From Azolla caroliniana (lineage: Eukaryota > Plantae > Polypodiophyta): a DNA stretch of 64,000 bases. Of this stretch, positions 12,200 to 25,068 are shown in pieces. Location: the NCBI GenBank assembly GCA_043228905.1, contig JBHGNT010000012.1, forward strand, positions 5,766,001 through 5,830,000, written 5' to 3'. The notes under the pieces are model-generated. The model made no database searches. It was not told the origin of the DNA and saw nothing but the letters and a program-made list of their open reading frames with translations. The translations under genes were made by a program, and so were the position numbers. Position 1 is the stretch's first letter; every line of letters begins with the position of its first letter.

Positions 12200-15100
12200 C
12201 TCACGTGCTATCATACAAGTTTTGACAGTGAAGTCCCCGGGATTACGGTACGACGGTACCATTCCTTGCAACGCAATCACCTTGAGGTCTAGGTCGAAGG
12301 ATTGACCGTAGACAGTGTTCCTAATCGGCAACAAGCACATCCGAAAAAATTACCCTTTGGACTTCAATCGGTTTTTTAGGTAATTGGTGCATGGTTGACT
12401 CATTGAACACTACGTTCAAACTTCGGACGATTTGTCTGTGCTCAAGGTCCTAGAGTCGATAGCCAATTTCGCCATCTGGTCCATAACCAAGGAAAATACA
12501 TTTCCTGGACCTTGGTGCAAGTTTGCAATGAACATCTTTCGGCATGAGGGTGTCCACCTCGCATCCGAAAATCCTCAACTTATCGTAATTCAGTTTACTT
12601 CCAGTCCATAATTCCTGAGGTATGCAAAGTCCTAGAGACATGTCCGGCGACATATTGATTATGTGTACTGTCATACGCAGTGCCTCTGCCCAAAAGTTAT
12701 TCGATAGTCCGAAGTGTTGGAGAATGGAAACTATCTTTTCTTGAATTGTCTGATTTATCCGCTCGGCAATTCCGTTGTAGTGTGAATCTTCACACACTAT
12801 GTAAAATAATAATAATGAAATAATTAATATAGATTAGATTAGTAGCTTATTATAGAAAGATGGATATACTCAAGAGCTTCAAAACGTATTTTACTATATA
12901 CAAAATGGAGAAATACATATCAAGTTATGTAAAAATAAAGTTTGAGAAGATAGGGAAATTAGAATTATCCCACATAGATAGGAAAGTTAAGGCCCTAGCT
13001 ATATAAGCACCTTGAGCTCCCTCATTTTTCATTTGTGCTAAGAGCACTTTGGCCACTTTGTCTTGATGGATGATGGTGGCCAAATTCCCTAAAACCGGAA
13101 ACCGGTCGGTAAGCAAATTTGAAAACCGATCGGTAAGCAAATTTGGAAATTGACCGGTAAGCAAAACCGGAACTGGCCGGCAAGCAAAACCGAAATCGGC
13201 CGGTAAGCAAAACTGGAACCGGAACCGGCCGACAAGCAAAACTAGAATCGATCGGCAAGCAAAATCGAAACCGGCCGGCAAGCAAAATGGAACCGACCGG
13301 TGAGGGATTTGGTGATCGGGCGGAACCGGCTATCGGACGAGGTTGGACGCGGACGGACGGAAGATTGGATCATGCAACGGAAGAGAATTAAAGTAAAGGC
13401 CATGTGGATGCAAGCAACTAAAGTTGGAGTGCATGCAAAAAGTAAAGGTCACGTGGACGGTCACATGCAACTAAACGAAAAAGCCATGCAACTAAAAATA
13501 GATGCAACTAAACGAAAAAGCTAAGCAACTAAAAGTAGAGGTCATGCAACAAAAAGTGGACAAGCAGATGATCAAGGGAGAACTCCAAATAAAATTCCAT
13601 TTTTTTTCCTACACTCATGCTCTCTCCATTATTTTTCTTTTCCTTCTTAGCTCCCTTATCTTAGGGAAGCCATAACTCTCATAAACCCTAAATTCCCTAC
13701 GGAAGCCATATCTCTCAAAATCCAAAATTCCTTATCAAAGCCATATCACTCAAGAATCATAATCTCTTATTTCCTCTAATCTATTATTCTAGTAATCTCC
13801 TTAAGATAAAACTTTTGTAATCCCAATCTTGGGATTGATTGTAATTTTTCTTTTCTATTTATTAATGAAATTTGTCAATCTTTCTCATTTTCCATTAATT
13901 GTATAATATAAACATAGGTATTTGAAATCTTCTGGTAGGAGGCCTCGGGGTCCTGCCTCAAGTTCACGTATCCTCGTCGTATTTCCGTGACATCGTTCTG
14001 CTCCGAACTATGGGGTGTCGTATATTCACGTCGTATGCCACGTTGTCGGCAAAATCTGACGAATTCTTCATATTTGAATTCTCCTCCATTGTCGGTCCGA
14101 AAGCATTTCAGTTTTCGGCCTTACTGATTCTCGACCATAGCGAGCCAGTCGGAAAAAATCCAGAACACTCGATCTTTAGTTTTAATTGGGTAAGCCCACA
14201 CCTTCTGAGTCGAGTCGTCAATAAAGATGACGAAATACAAGGCACCATTGAGAGACTGATGTGGCCACAGACGTCCGAGTGGACCAAATCGAGGGGACTC
14301 GATTCTCTCAGTGCTGATGTTGGATGTGATACGGCTATCTGTTTGTCGTACTGGCAATGCTCACAGAAATGATGATCAGAGAAGGAGAGTTTGGAGATGT
14401 ATCCGGCTCTAGATAAATGCGTGATGTCGGCCTTGCTGAGGTGTCTGAGTCGTCCATGCTAGAGTAATGACACGGGAATGTCGACCAAGAACAAGTCACC
14501 CTCTCTGAGTGTGACATATAACAAGTACGAGTGTACTTTCGGTCCTTGAGCAAGCAGGAGGTTTCCCCTATGGAGTGTTCACCCTCCTGATGAGAAGGCG
14601 GCACAGATGCCATCTTCGTCTAATTGTCCAACTGAGATCAAAGGACTTGAGAGCTCAGGTACATGTCAGACATTATGTAGTACCAATGTAGAGCCACCCG
14701 GAAGATTGAGCTCTATTGTGTCGATTTCGATAATCCCGCAGTGCTGCAAATTTCTGACTCGAACTAAGTCAGAATGTCGGGCTGAGTATTGCCGAAATTG
14801 GGTTCGATGAGGAGTCACGTGATATGAAGCGCCCGAATCCAAGAGCCATGTGCTCGATTCCTCTGTCATAAGCCGATATTCTGATTCGACTAGGTTCTCA
14901 ATGGATAGTATGTTCGGGTCGCTCGTTATTGGCGGAATCATTTGCAAATGATTTCCTTCGAGTTGTTTCAGTCAGAATTGCGCTCGTGACTGAGTATTTA
15001 ACGTCCGCAATCAATGCGTTGCACACGATTGTGATGAAAGTTTCCCACGAAGGGGGGAGACTACTCATAAGCAGCATTGCTCTTAGTTCATCCTCGATAG

Positions 15101-16884
15101 TCGTCCCTTGAACCGAAATTTGGGTGTTTAGACTTTCTTACTCGTTGAGGTGTGCCTGGATTGAATCAGATTCTTTCATCTGAAGGTTATAGGGGCACCG
15201 TATCAAATATATCTTCGTGGCGGCGACCTTCTTTTCATAGTTGGAAGGCAGTCGAACATGATTGCAATATAAAGTACACGGACTCCGATAGGTGCATTCG
15301 AATAGTGGCTCGGTCAATTATGTCGAGCTTCTCCCATTCAAGCGGCTTGTATCCTTCTGGATTGAATCGGATTCTTTCATCCGAAGGTTATAGGGGCACC
15401 GTATCAAATATATCTTTGTGGCGGCGACCTTCTTTTCATAGTTGGAAGGCAGTCGAACACGATTGCAATGTAAAGTACACGGACTCCGATAGGTGCATTC
15501 GAATAGTGGCTCGGTCAATTATGTCGAGCTTCTCCCATTCGAGCGGCTTGTATCCTTCTGGAGCATTTTCTTTTTTCATGGGATCGATTTGCCCCTTGAC
15601 TATTAAATAGTCTTGCATTTGCTCTTTTCTAGAAGTTGAAGTTTGATCCATCGAACTTCCTTAGACTCATCTCTAATGAGCCGGATGTTTATGCCATCTG
15701 TGTCGATTTTGAAGGGGGCTTTGTTAGAGATTGGCTATGAACAGTGGTTGGGTGCAACAGACTAGCTCACCCGAATTCGTTCTAGTCGAGTTTGAACACA
15801 AACCGAATCTGATTTGAAATTCGGGAGACTCAATCCGAAGTGACCACGACTGGCTATCCTAGTCGAGTTGAACCCGAGTATGTCGATTTTTTTTTTGAGA
15901 TTTTCGAACACAGAGTATGTGCTGATTATCCAGGTCGATCCTACTTCAGGTGACTACGACAATGAGAAGAACAAATTCAGCTAATCTTTCCGAATGTTGT
16001 CTAGCCGAATGAAGTGCGGAAGGGGGTTGTTCCTAGAGCCTAGACAACAACGAGTGATTACGACAAGCTAGTGACTAGCGTCAGGTGACATATTCGGTTG
16101 TTGTCTAATCCAATGTAGTTCGGCTGAGGGAGAGCTTGTGAAGCGAAATCTCACTCCGAGCGGCTACAATCACAAGAGTGAAGTGCGATCGAATGTTGTC
16201 TAGCCGAATGAAGCACGGAAGAGGGTTGTTCCTAGAGCCCAGACAACAACGAGTGATTACGAGAAGCCAATAACTAGCATCAGGTGACATATTCGATTGT
16301 TGTCTAATCCAATGTAGTTCGGCTGAGGGAGAGCTTGTGAAGCGAAATCTCACTCCGAGCGGCTACAATCACAAGAGTGAAGTGCAGTTGATTGGCTCAC
16401 TTCAATGATGATTTAGAATAGTGGAGTGCAGATTTTGCTAGCGTTTCTCTTCACGGCGAAAACGATCTTGTAGAGTTTTGCCAACTGAGATCTTCACGGT
16501 GTACAGAAGAAGAGTTGTTGATAGAAATTAGATAGACGGCAGCAACAGAATCGAAAGAACCTAGCTCTAATACCAACGTAGTCGTACTATGCGGAACAAA
16601 TCAACACTCTCCAAATGTGAGGATCATAAGTGGATTCAGGCAATGTAGATTGATGGCATTAGAAACAGAAACAGAGAAAACAACACACAACAAATCCATA
16701 GAGAGAGACGATTAGGCACAAGATGAACTATATTTCAACAACCTCAAAACTAGGTTACAAAGTCAGTTTATATACTAACTAACTTAGGGCAACTGCCCTT
16801 CTCACTATTTACATAAATAGCCTAAACCTACTATGTACAAAAGGAGACAATGTGAATATGTTCATTAGAGACCCGCATTCAACA
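12200..16884 (-). mobile_element. Degenerate Ty1/Copia element 1 (5' LTR ~16577-16884, tRNA-iMet PBS, gag, protease, integrase; RT end missing)
   Basis: PBS TGGTATTAGAGC (~16564-16575, minus); WLLDSGASYHVT protease; FVIFIDD and NGIAERINQT...FWAEA...RKCIFLGY integrase. Internal ~207-bp (15150-15560) and ~200-bp (15990-16385) tandem duplications. Confidence 0.85.
12776..13992 (+). mobile_element. Solo LTR (~1217 bp) inserted in Copia 1 integrase
   Basis: TGTAGTG...GTGACA termini; flanks CCGT/TCGT; removing it plus 4 bp restores CAG AAC GGA ATT (QNGI). Contains a ~23-bp CCGG-rich array at 13090-13330. Confidence 0.8.
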
Positions 16885-17759
16885 GAGCTTCCATTCTGGT
16901 CCGGGCCAACAAACCTCGATCGAATGCGGATATTGTGGAAAAATCGGTCACCATGAAGAAGAGTGCCGAAAGAAGAAGCGCGAGTCAACTTCCACAAGCA
17001 CAACTCATCAATTACGCCACCAATTCCGACCATGACGACCATAGCGGAATGTTCGTGATGAAAAATAGAGCAAATTATATGTCGGTCTCTACTTCAAATA
17101 ATGCCTCTAGTTCGGAAGACGTATGGTTCGTCGACTCCAATGCCTCAAACTATATGACGTCTCATCAAGAATGGTTAGGAAAAGTTCGAGAGCCGGATCG
17201 ACCTGGCTATGTCTAGACCGGAGACGACACTACTCATCCAATTCGGCACATCAGCAATGTTCCATTCGGAAAAGAAGGTAACCAAACTTACATTAAGAAT
17301 GTTTTGCATGTACCAACCATTACGAAGAATTTGGTCTCCGTCAGCCAAATTGTTGAGCAAGGGATGCAAGTTTGATTTAATCAAGGTGGTTGCTTCACCA
17401 AGAAAGAGGGTCAACTCATCGCTCGCGGACGAAGAGAGGGCTGAATGTTCATTCTCGACTGGCAGGAGATGAAATCGGCCATGTTTGCAAAAGGCACCAA
17501 AGCCGACACCGACATAGAGTTGTGGCACAAGCGGATTGGCCACATCAACCTCCAAAAGCTAAAGACAATGCAATCGAAAGGAGTTGTCATCGGACTCCCG
17601 ACCTTCAAAGAGAAAGAGATGGAAGGCGTACGTGCAGCGTGCCAATTCGGCAAGCAACATCGGCACCCATTTTCGAAGGAGAGGAACAGGAGCAAAGGCG
17701 TACTCAACATAATTCATTCTTATGTATGGGAACCAACTCAAACGGCTACATTCGACGGA
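16885..17759 (+). mobile_element. Copia element 2 fragment (zinc knuckle, protease, GAG-pre-integrase)
   Basis: CGYCGKIGHHEEEC knuckle, VWFVDSNASNYMT, LWHKRIGHINLQKL; same family as the element at 54203-56629. Confidence 0.85.
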
Positions 17760-18185
17760 TGTTGATAGTACGTGGCCAAAAGGAAACGTGTGTTAGGGCC
17801 GTAGCCAAAGACAAGTTTAAAATGAAGAAAAGAATGAGAAGTAGAAAATAAGAGAAGAATGAGGGAGAAATAAGATGTTGAAAATGTATTAACAATGAGA
17901 ACAAGGGTTACAATAACAATGAGAACAAGAGTTACAAGAGTATGCCGAAGACTGGCGTTGAACCATAATGGTTCATCAATAGTTCAATATATATGTTTAT
18001 ATAGCATGCTTTGGATACATGCATGCTCGCCACCTCATAGGGACACATGCTCGCCATTTGTCATTCATGCAAGCATGACACTTGGTAATCATGCGTTAGC
18101 CTATGCGGTGGCAACGTGTCAAACTATTATATATGTTTCTTCTTGATAATATAAGAATTTACAATTTAATAAATGTAATATAATG

Positions 18186-18245
18186 TATCCTAGTGGTTGA
18201 TGCTATACATCATCTTTGAGGAGGTCGTGGGTTTGAATCTCTATA
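18186..18245 (+). promoter_or_regulatory. tRNA-like A/B-box module in chromovirus A LTR
   Basis: TATCCTAGTGGTT...GAGGTCGTGGGTTTGAATC. Confidence 0.6.
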
Positions 18246-18939
18246 TATTACAAGTCTTAGAGTTTTGGTATATGTTCATGACATTATCCCCTTCCTTTGA
18301 CGATGAGTTCCACGAGTCGCAATGCACAAGCTAGGAGTTGGCTCATTTGGATATTGTCGATGAAATTCAGCTAGAAGTTCTTTGGTACTATTGAGATTTT
18401 CAGTTGGCTCCCATGTTCGATCCGTTGGTGTATAACCCAACCAATCAACAAAATGATACAATTTGTTCTTCACAACTTTGGAGTCCAAAATGGATTTCAC
18501 TTCATATTACAGGCCTTCATCAAGCTCAATAGGAGGTGGAGGGGGAACAACGTGATCTGGAATAGAATTTGAAGCGGTTCCAAGAGTGAGACATGGAACA
18601 CTGGCAGAAGACGCATATGAGGAGGGAGATCGAGATGAAAAGCAACTTCATTGATCTATTTAGTGATTAAATATGGACCAAGAAGTTGATAATCCAACTT
18701 GTTACAAGGCCTAGTGGTCTTCACATTACGTTGTAAGAGCCATACACGATCTCCAGCTTGAAATTTGGGTTTTTTCGGTGATGAGTTTCTGCAAATTTCT
18801 TATGGGTGGCTTGAGCATGATGTAAATGATGAGAAAGAGCAATATGAATTTCTCATATATGACGTAGGCAATCCTTTGCATCAGGGCTTTTCGAGATTCT
18901 TGGGTGGTCAATGTCATGAAGACAATATTTTGGCTTATC

Positions 18940-18995
18940 AAAAATCGAACCCATGACTTCTTGGTCTATGTGTTGAACCCTTAACCATTGAAATA
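18940..18995 (-). promoter_or_regulatory. tRNA-like A/B-box module in chromovirus B 5' LTR (also in the 3' LTR, ~24210-24265)
   Basis: TATTTCAATGGTTAAG...GAAGTCATGGGTTCGATT. Confidence 0.6.
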
Positions 18996-19395
18996 ACATA
19001 TATGTTGTGTGATTATAATAATTATATTTTTAGTTATTATGAGATATCTAAAATATTCTAGAACATTCTAGAATACTCCATAAGGATCTATAAATAAGTG
19101 TCCATACATTCATTTCAAGTCATTTGGTTCAACACCAGTCTTTAACCCTTAGCCTACTCATCGTAATCTTGTTTCATCATAATATAATCTCATTTCTATT
19201 TCAAGTCTTATCTCTCTCTCTCGCTCGCTCGCTCTCTCTCTCACGCACAAACACACACCCTCTCTCTTTCGCTATCGCTCTCGCTCTATGTCCTACCCAC
19301 GTGTCTCGACAGTTTGAACCAAATATTTCTGTTTCCTTTTCCAATAACCCTACCAAGCTTTCTTCTTTTCCCTTCTTTCTTTTTCCCCCTCGGTT

Positions 19396-22300
19396 ATGGA
19401 ATCCGTCAACAAGCAAGAGTATATGTGTGTCCTTTCGGAGCTCGACATGCTCACGACTAAGTTTGAGGCATTAGAGCAAGAAAATCAAAGGTTGCTCGGG
19501 GATTTACAACAAGTGAGTACCAAGAAAGCTCATCAATATGAGGAGTTATCACAACGGGTTCATCAACTCGAGGCTACTATATTAACATTACGAGAACTCC
19601 CCAAGGGAACCAAAGATTAGCCTCCCTACCAAGTTTGATGGTACCCGATCTTTGTTTCGGGGTTTCCTAAATCAAGTCCGTTTGGTGATTCAGTTATATC
19701 CCAATCGGTACCCAACTGATGTTGCTCATGTGGGATTAATAGGAACCTTGCTAAGCGGTACAACATTAGCATGGTTTGCACCACTTCTAGAGAAGAAATC
19801 ACCATTGTTGGAGGATTTCGGGGCATTCGTTAAAGAGTTTCAAGCTAGTTTTGGAGACACTGATAGCACTAGGACGGCAATAAACAAGATTCGAAGACTC
19901 CAACAAGGAGATCGTCCCGCATCAGCCTACGCAGCCGATTTCCGTCTCTTGGCATGTGACATCCCTTGGGATGAGGCAGCCTTAATGGATCAATTCCGTC
20001 AAGGTTTGCGTAACGATGTCAAAGATCTTCTTCTTACTTTCCACGAAGATCCAAAGTCTCTTACAGAGGCCATTAGTTGAGTTGTGCGATGTGATAATCG
20101 CCTATTTGAGCGACGTTCTAAACGTCAACAAATGTTACGCCGCCAACCAGAACAGACGTATGCTTCAATAGTCGCAACACCGCCACAAGTTCCCATACCC
20201 GTTACAAGGGATGGTCCCACTCCAATGGAAATAGAGTCAACACAACATCGAGGGCCTTTATCAGATGCTGAGAAACAATGACGTTGGGCGCATCGCCTAT
20301 GCCTCCATTGTGGTGATCCAGGACATATTGTTGTGAATTGTCCACATAAACCCAGACATCAAGTTTACCAAGTAAGTGCACATGACAACCCTACCTCGAG
20401 TTCTACTATCACTTCTAATAACTTAACTACTAAGCCTAATAACCCATGCCATGAGAATAGATTTGATTTCTTGAGCCAATTAGAGGATGTGTTAAACGAA
20501 TAAGTCCGGCCAAAATAGGAGCCATTTGGTTGGGCCATCCTAGATATGTAGAGTCAGTACCTAGTTGTGGTTCCATTTCATCAAATCAAGTTAGTAGAGT
20601 TTTTTCTGCACAAGTCGAGCTTAGCACATCTATAGGTCATCGAGTTCTAGCCTCTACCCTCCTAGATTCTGGAGCCAATTCTTGTTTCATGGATCGCGAG
20701 TTTGCATTGACCCAAAACATCATCTTGAATAATCTCCCAAACCCAATAGCCGTAGGAGTCATCGATGGTCGCCCTTTAGCATCATGTGATATAGTCGAAG
20801 AGTCTAAACCAATCCGTGTAGTCCTAGGTAATTTGGCTAGTATCATCTCATTCAATGTCATTAGTAGTCTAGAGCAATCTCTAGTTCTTGGTCTTCCTTG
20901 GTTTGAGTTACATAACCCAACTATTGATTGGAGAAAAAGAACTATTGAAGAGGTCACACTACAATCCGAATCTCTTGAAACTCCAACAAAGGATCTAGGA
21001 TCCCACACGATTTCAACAATCTCTATACATCAGTTACAAGAGGATGGAAGGAAGGAAGACATGATGGTGTTTGCGGTTTTAGCAACTCCCTCATCTAGCT
21101 CACAAGAATTGGGGGTCCAATTACCAAAGAAGTACATAGAATTCTCCGATGTGTTCGATAAGGTGAAGGCTAATAGACTACCAGAGCATCGACCATATGA
21201 TTGCCCGATTGATTTGCAGCCAAGAAAAGAGCCTCCATGGGGGCCAATTTATAACCTTTCGCCCACGGAGTTAGAGGTTCTTCGAGAATATATCGATGAG
21301 AACATGGGAAATGGTTTTATCCAACATTCAATATCTCCTGCTGGTGCACCCATCTTTTTCATTAAGAAGAAAGATGGTACGCTTCGTATGGTCGTGGATT
21401 ATCGGGGCTTGAATAAAGCGACTATTAGAAACCGATATGCTCTACCATTGATCTCAAGCCTTCTAGAACGCCTCAGTGGAGCAAAGTATTTCACGAAGTT
21501 AGATCTTCGAGGTGCCTACAACCTTGTTCGAATTCGTCCTAGGGATGAATGGAAGACCGCGTTCCGCACTCGCTATGGTCATTTTGAGTATACAGTGATG
21601 CAATTTGGTCTCACGAATGCACCAACAGTTTTCCAACATATGACGAATGACATTTTTCGAGACTTCCTCGATATCTTCATCATAGTTTACCTGGATGATA
21701 TCTTGATCTACTCAAAAACTCAAGAGGAGCATGAGATACATGTTTGCCAAGTTTTGCAATGGTTACGAGAGTATGGTCTCTATGCAAAATTGGAGAAGTG
21801 TAGTTTCGACCAGTGTCAAGTGGGATTTTTGGGGTACATAGTCTCTTCAAATGGCATCTCTATGGATCCATCAAAGGTTCAAACAATTTTGGATTGGCAA
21901 ACACCATAGTCTGTGCGAGATGTACAATGTTTTTTGGGGTTAGCAAACTTTTATCGCAAGTTCATCAAAGATTATTCAAAGATTGTATTGCCCCTCACTC
22001 AACTAACGCACAAGAATCAACAATTTATATGGGGTATAGATGCGAACTCTGCATTTGAGGGTTTAAAGCAAGCATTTACATCTACACCAATTTTAATGCA
22101 TGTCGATCCAATGAGGCGCTTTATACTTGAAGCTGATGCATCTGATTTCGCACTCAAAAGCATACTATCCCATATTGATGAAGATGGCAAACTGCACCCT
22201 GTGGCTTTTCACTCATAGAAATTTGAAGCCGCAGAAATCAACTATGAGATTCACGACAAAGAGCTTCTTGCCATTGTGGATTCTTTTCAACAATGGCATC

Positions 22301-24180
22301 ATTTTTTGGAGGGTTCTTCTCAACAGATTATTGTCTACAATGATCACAAAAATCTAACATACTTCCAAAGTGCTCGATTCTTGAATCGTCGACAAGCTCG
22401 TTGGGCGCAGTTCTTAACTCGTTTTGATTTTGTAATTCTATATCGCCCTGGGATGCAACAAGGAAAAGTAGATGCTTTATCTCAACGTTCGTATATGGAA
22501 CTTCAACCAGGAGAGGCTGCATTTGAAAGTCAAAAGCAAATCCTCTTAGGTCTTGATTGTCTACGAGTAATGGCAATACATACTATCAACACACCGGGAG
22601 ATTCAAGGCTTCTTGATTCCATTCGGGAGCAGATTGCGACCGATGCATTCGCCCAATAGGTTTTGAGTCATATTATCCTAGATCGTGCTTCCAGCTCCCA
22701 ATCTCAAAATCCTCGTCTAGACCACACCCAGTTCAGTTGGCATGATGATTTGATTTTTCGGCAAACTCTCTTGTATGTGCCTGACGGTCCTTCTCAACTC
22801 AAAGTCGTGCAACAATGTCATGACACGGCAATGGTTGTACACTTCGGCATCCACAAGACTTTTGAGTTGATTTCTCGTCGATATTGGTGGCCACGGATTT
22901 GCCATTTTTTTATGGATTATGTTTGTAGTTGTGATACATGTTGCCGATCAAAAAAGCCTCAACATCATCCATATGGCCTATTACAACCAATGCCTATTCC
23001 GAAGAGCCCATGGAAATCTATTTCCTTGGACTTTATTATGGATCTTCCACCTTCCAAGGGATTTGATTCTATTCTCACGGTAGTCGATCGTTTTACGAAG
23101 ATGGCGCATTTCCTTCCATGCACGAAGACCATTACTAGTCAAGAGACAACTGATTTACTCATGCGGGAGGTGTTTCGTCATCATGGTCTTCCGGATGATA
23201 TTATCAGTGATCGGGGTCCCCAATTCATCTCGAAATTTTGGCGGCACATGTTCAAACTCTTACATACTTCTTGTAAACTCTCTTCCGGCTACCATCTAGA
23301 GACTAATGGGCAGAGTGAGCGCACCAACCAAATAGTCGAACAATATCTACATTGTTTTGTCAACTATCAACAAGATGATTGGGTGGATTTATTACATTTG
23401 ATGGAATTTTCTTACAACAACTCCGAACATTCTTCTACTGGATATTCCCCATTTTTTGCTAACATTGGGTACCATCCTCGTTGGACGATGCTTGAACATC
23501 CCAAACTCCCGAAAAACCCGGTTGCTGAAGATCGGCTCACTAGACTCCAAGAAGTTCAGGATATACTTTTGCATCATTTATGTGATGCCCAAAAAACTCA
23601 AAAGAAGATTGATGATCGTCATCGGCATGATTCATCGACTACATTTCAAGTAGGAGATCGTGTATGGTTGTTACAAGGTAGCCTTAAAACTACCCGACCT
23701 TGCTACAAATTGGATTATCAACGTTTCGGCCCATATGTGATCTCTGGTAAGATCAATGATGTGACATTTCGTCTTGATCTCCCTCCTCATATGCGTCTTC
23801 ACCCGGTCTTCCATGTTTCACTTTTGGAGCCCTACACAACAAGCTCTATTCTAGGTCGTCTTACACCTCCCCCACCTCCAATCAAAGTTTCCAACGGCTC
23901 TGAATATGAGGTTACTGTCATTCTCAACTCCAAGATCATCCGCAACAAACTATATTATTTGGTTGATTTTCTCAACTCCAAGATCATCCGCAACAAACTA
24001 TATTATTTGGTTGATTGGTTAGTTTATACACCTAATGATCGAACATGGGAGCCTGACGTTGCCGAGCATCTTGCTAATGCCTCTGACATGGTGATTGTAT
24101 TTCACAACAAATATCCCCATAAACCAAGTCCGAACTCTTATCTTCCGACTCGTGGAACTCGTCATCGGAAGGGGGGATAA
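19396..24180 (+). pseudogene. gag-pol of element B (gag, protease, RT, RNase H, integrase, chromodomain)
   Basis: LLDSGANSCFM, YLDDILIYS, ADASDF, IISDRGPQF, GPY, C-terminal chromodomain with a 13-aa internal duplication; in-frame stops. Confidence 0.92.
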
Positions 24181-24476
24181 TGTCATGAAGACAATATTTT
24201 GGCGTATCAATAATCAAACCCACAACTTCTTGGTCTATGTGTTGAACCCTTAACCATTGTAATAACATATATGTTGTGTGATTATAATAGTTATATTTTT
24301 AGTTATTACGAGATATCTAAAATATTCTAGAACATTCTAGAATACTCCATAAGGATCTATAAATAAGTGTCCATACATTCATTTCAACTCATTCGGTTCA
24401 ACACCAATCTTTAGCCCTTAGCCTACTCATTGTAATCTTGTTTCATCATAATATAATCTCATTTCTATTTCAAGTC

Positions 24477-24519
<43 letters not shown>

Positions 24520-25068
24520 GCACACACACACCCTCTCTCTTTCGCTCTCGCTCTATCTCCTACCCACGAGTCTCGACAGTCAAGCATTGTCCAACGGGGA
24601 TGAACACCCGTGTTGGCAAAGAAGGGAGTAAGTTTGGTAGAAGAATGAATTGAATTGTTGTAAGAAAACTCTGCAAAATGTAAATAATCTACCCAATCAT
24701 CCTGTTGATAATTGATGAAGCAATGAAGGTATTGTTCCAAGGTTTGATTGGTACGTTCGGTTTGACCATCAGTCTCTGGATGATAGCTTGAAGGGAGTTG
24801 ACAATCAATTTGGAGGAGCCCAAACAAGCGTTTCCAAAATGTTGAGTTAAATTGTGGTCCTCGATCACTAATGATGCCATCAGGAAGACCATGATGCCGA
24901 AACACTTCACGCATAACCAAATTTGTTGTCTCTTGACTATTAATTATCTTTTTGCATGGTAGAAAATGTGTCATCTTAGTGAACCGATCTACAACACTAA
25001 GGATGGAATCAAAACCTTTGAAAGATGGAAGATCAGTAATGAAATCCATAGATATAGACTTCCAGGGT

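Larger units (their letters stand above)
18912..24578 (+). mobile_element. Full-length Tcn1-like chromovirus (Gypsy) element B, inactivated by stop codons
   Basis: LTRs 18912-19311 and 24181-24578 (TGTCA...CGACA), 5-bp TSD GTCAA, PPT AAGGGGGGATAA. Confidence 0.95.
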
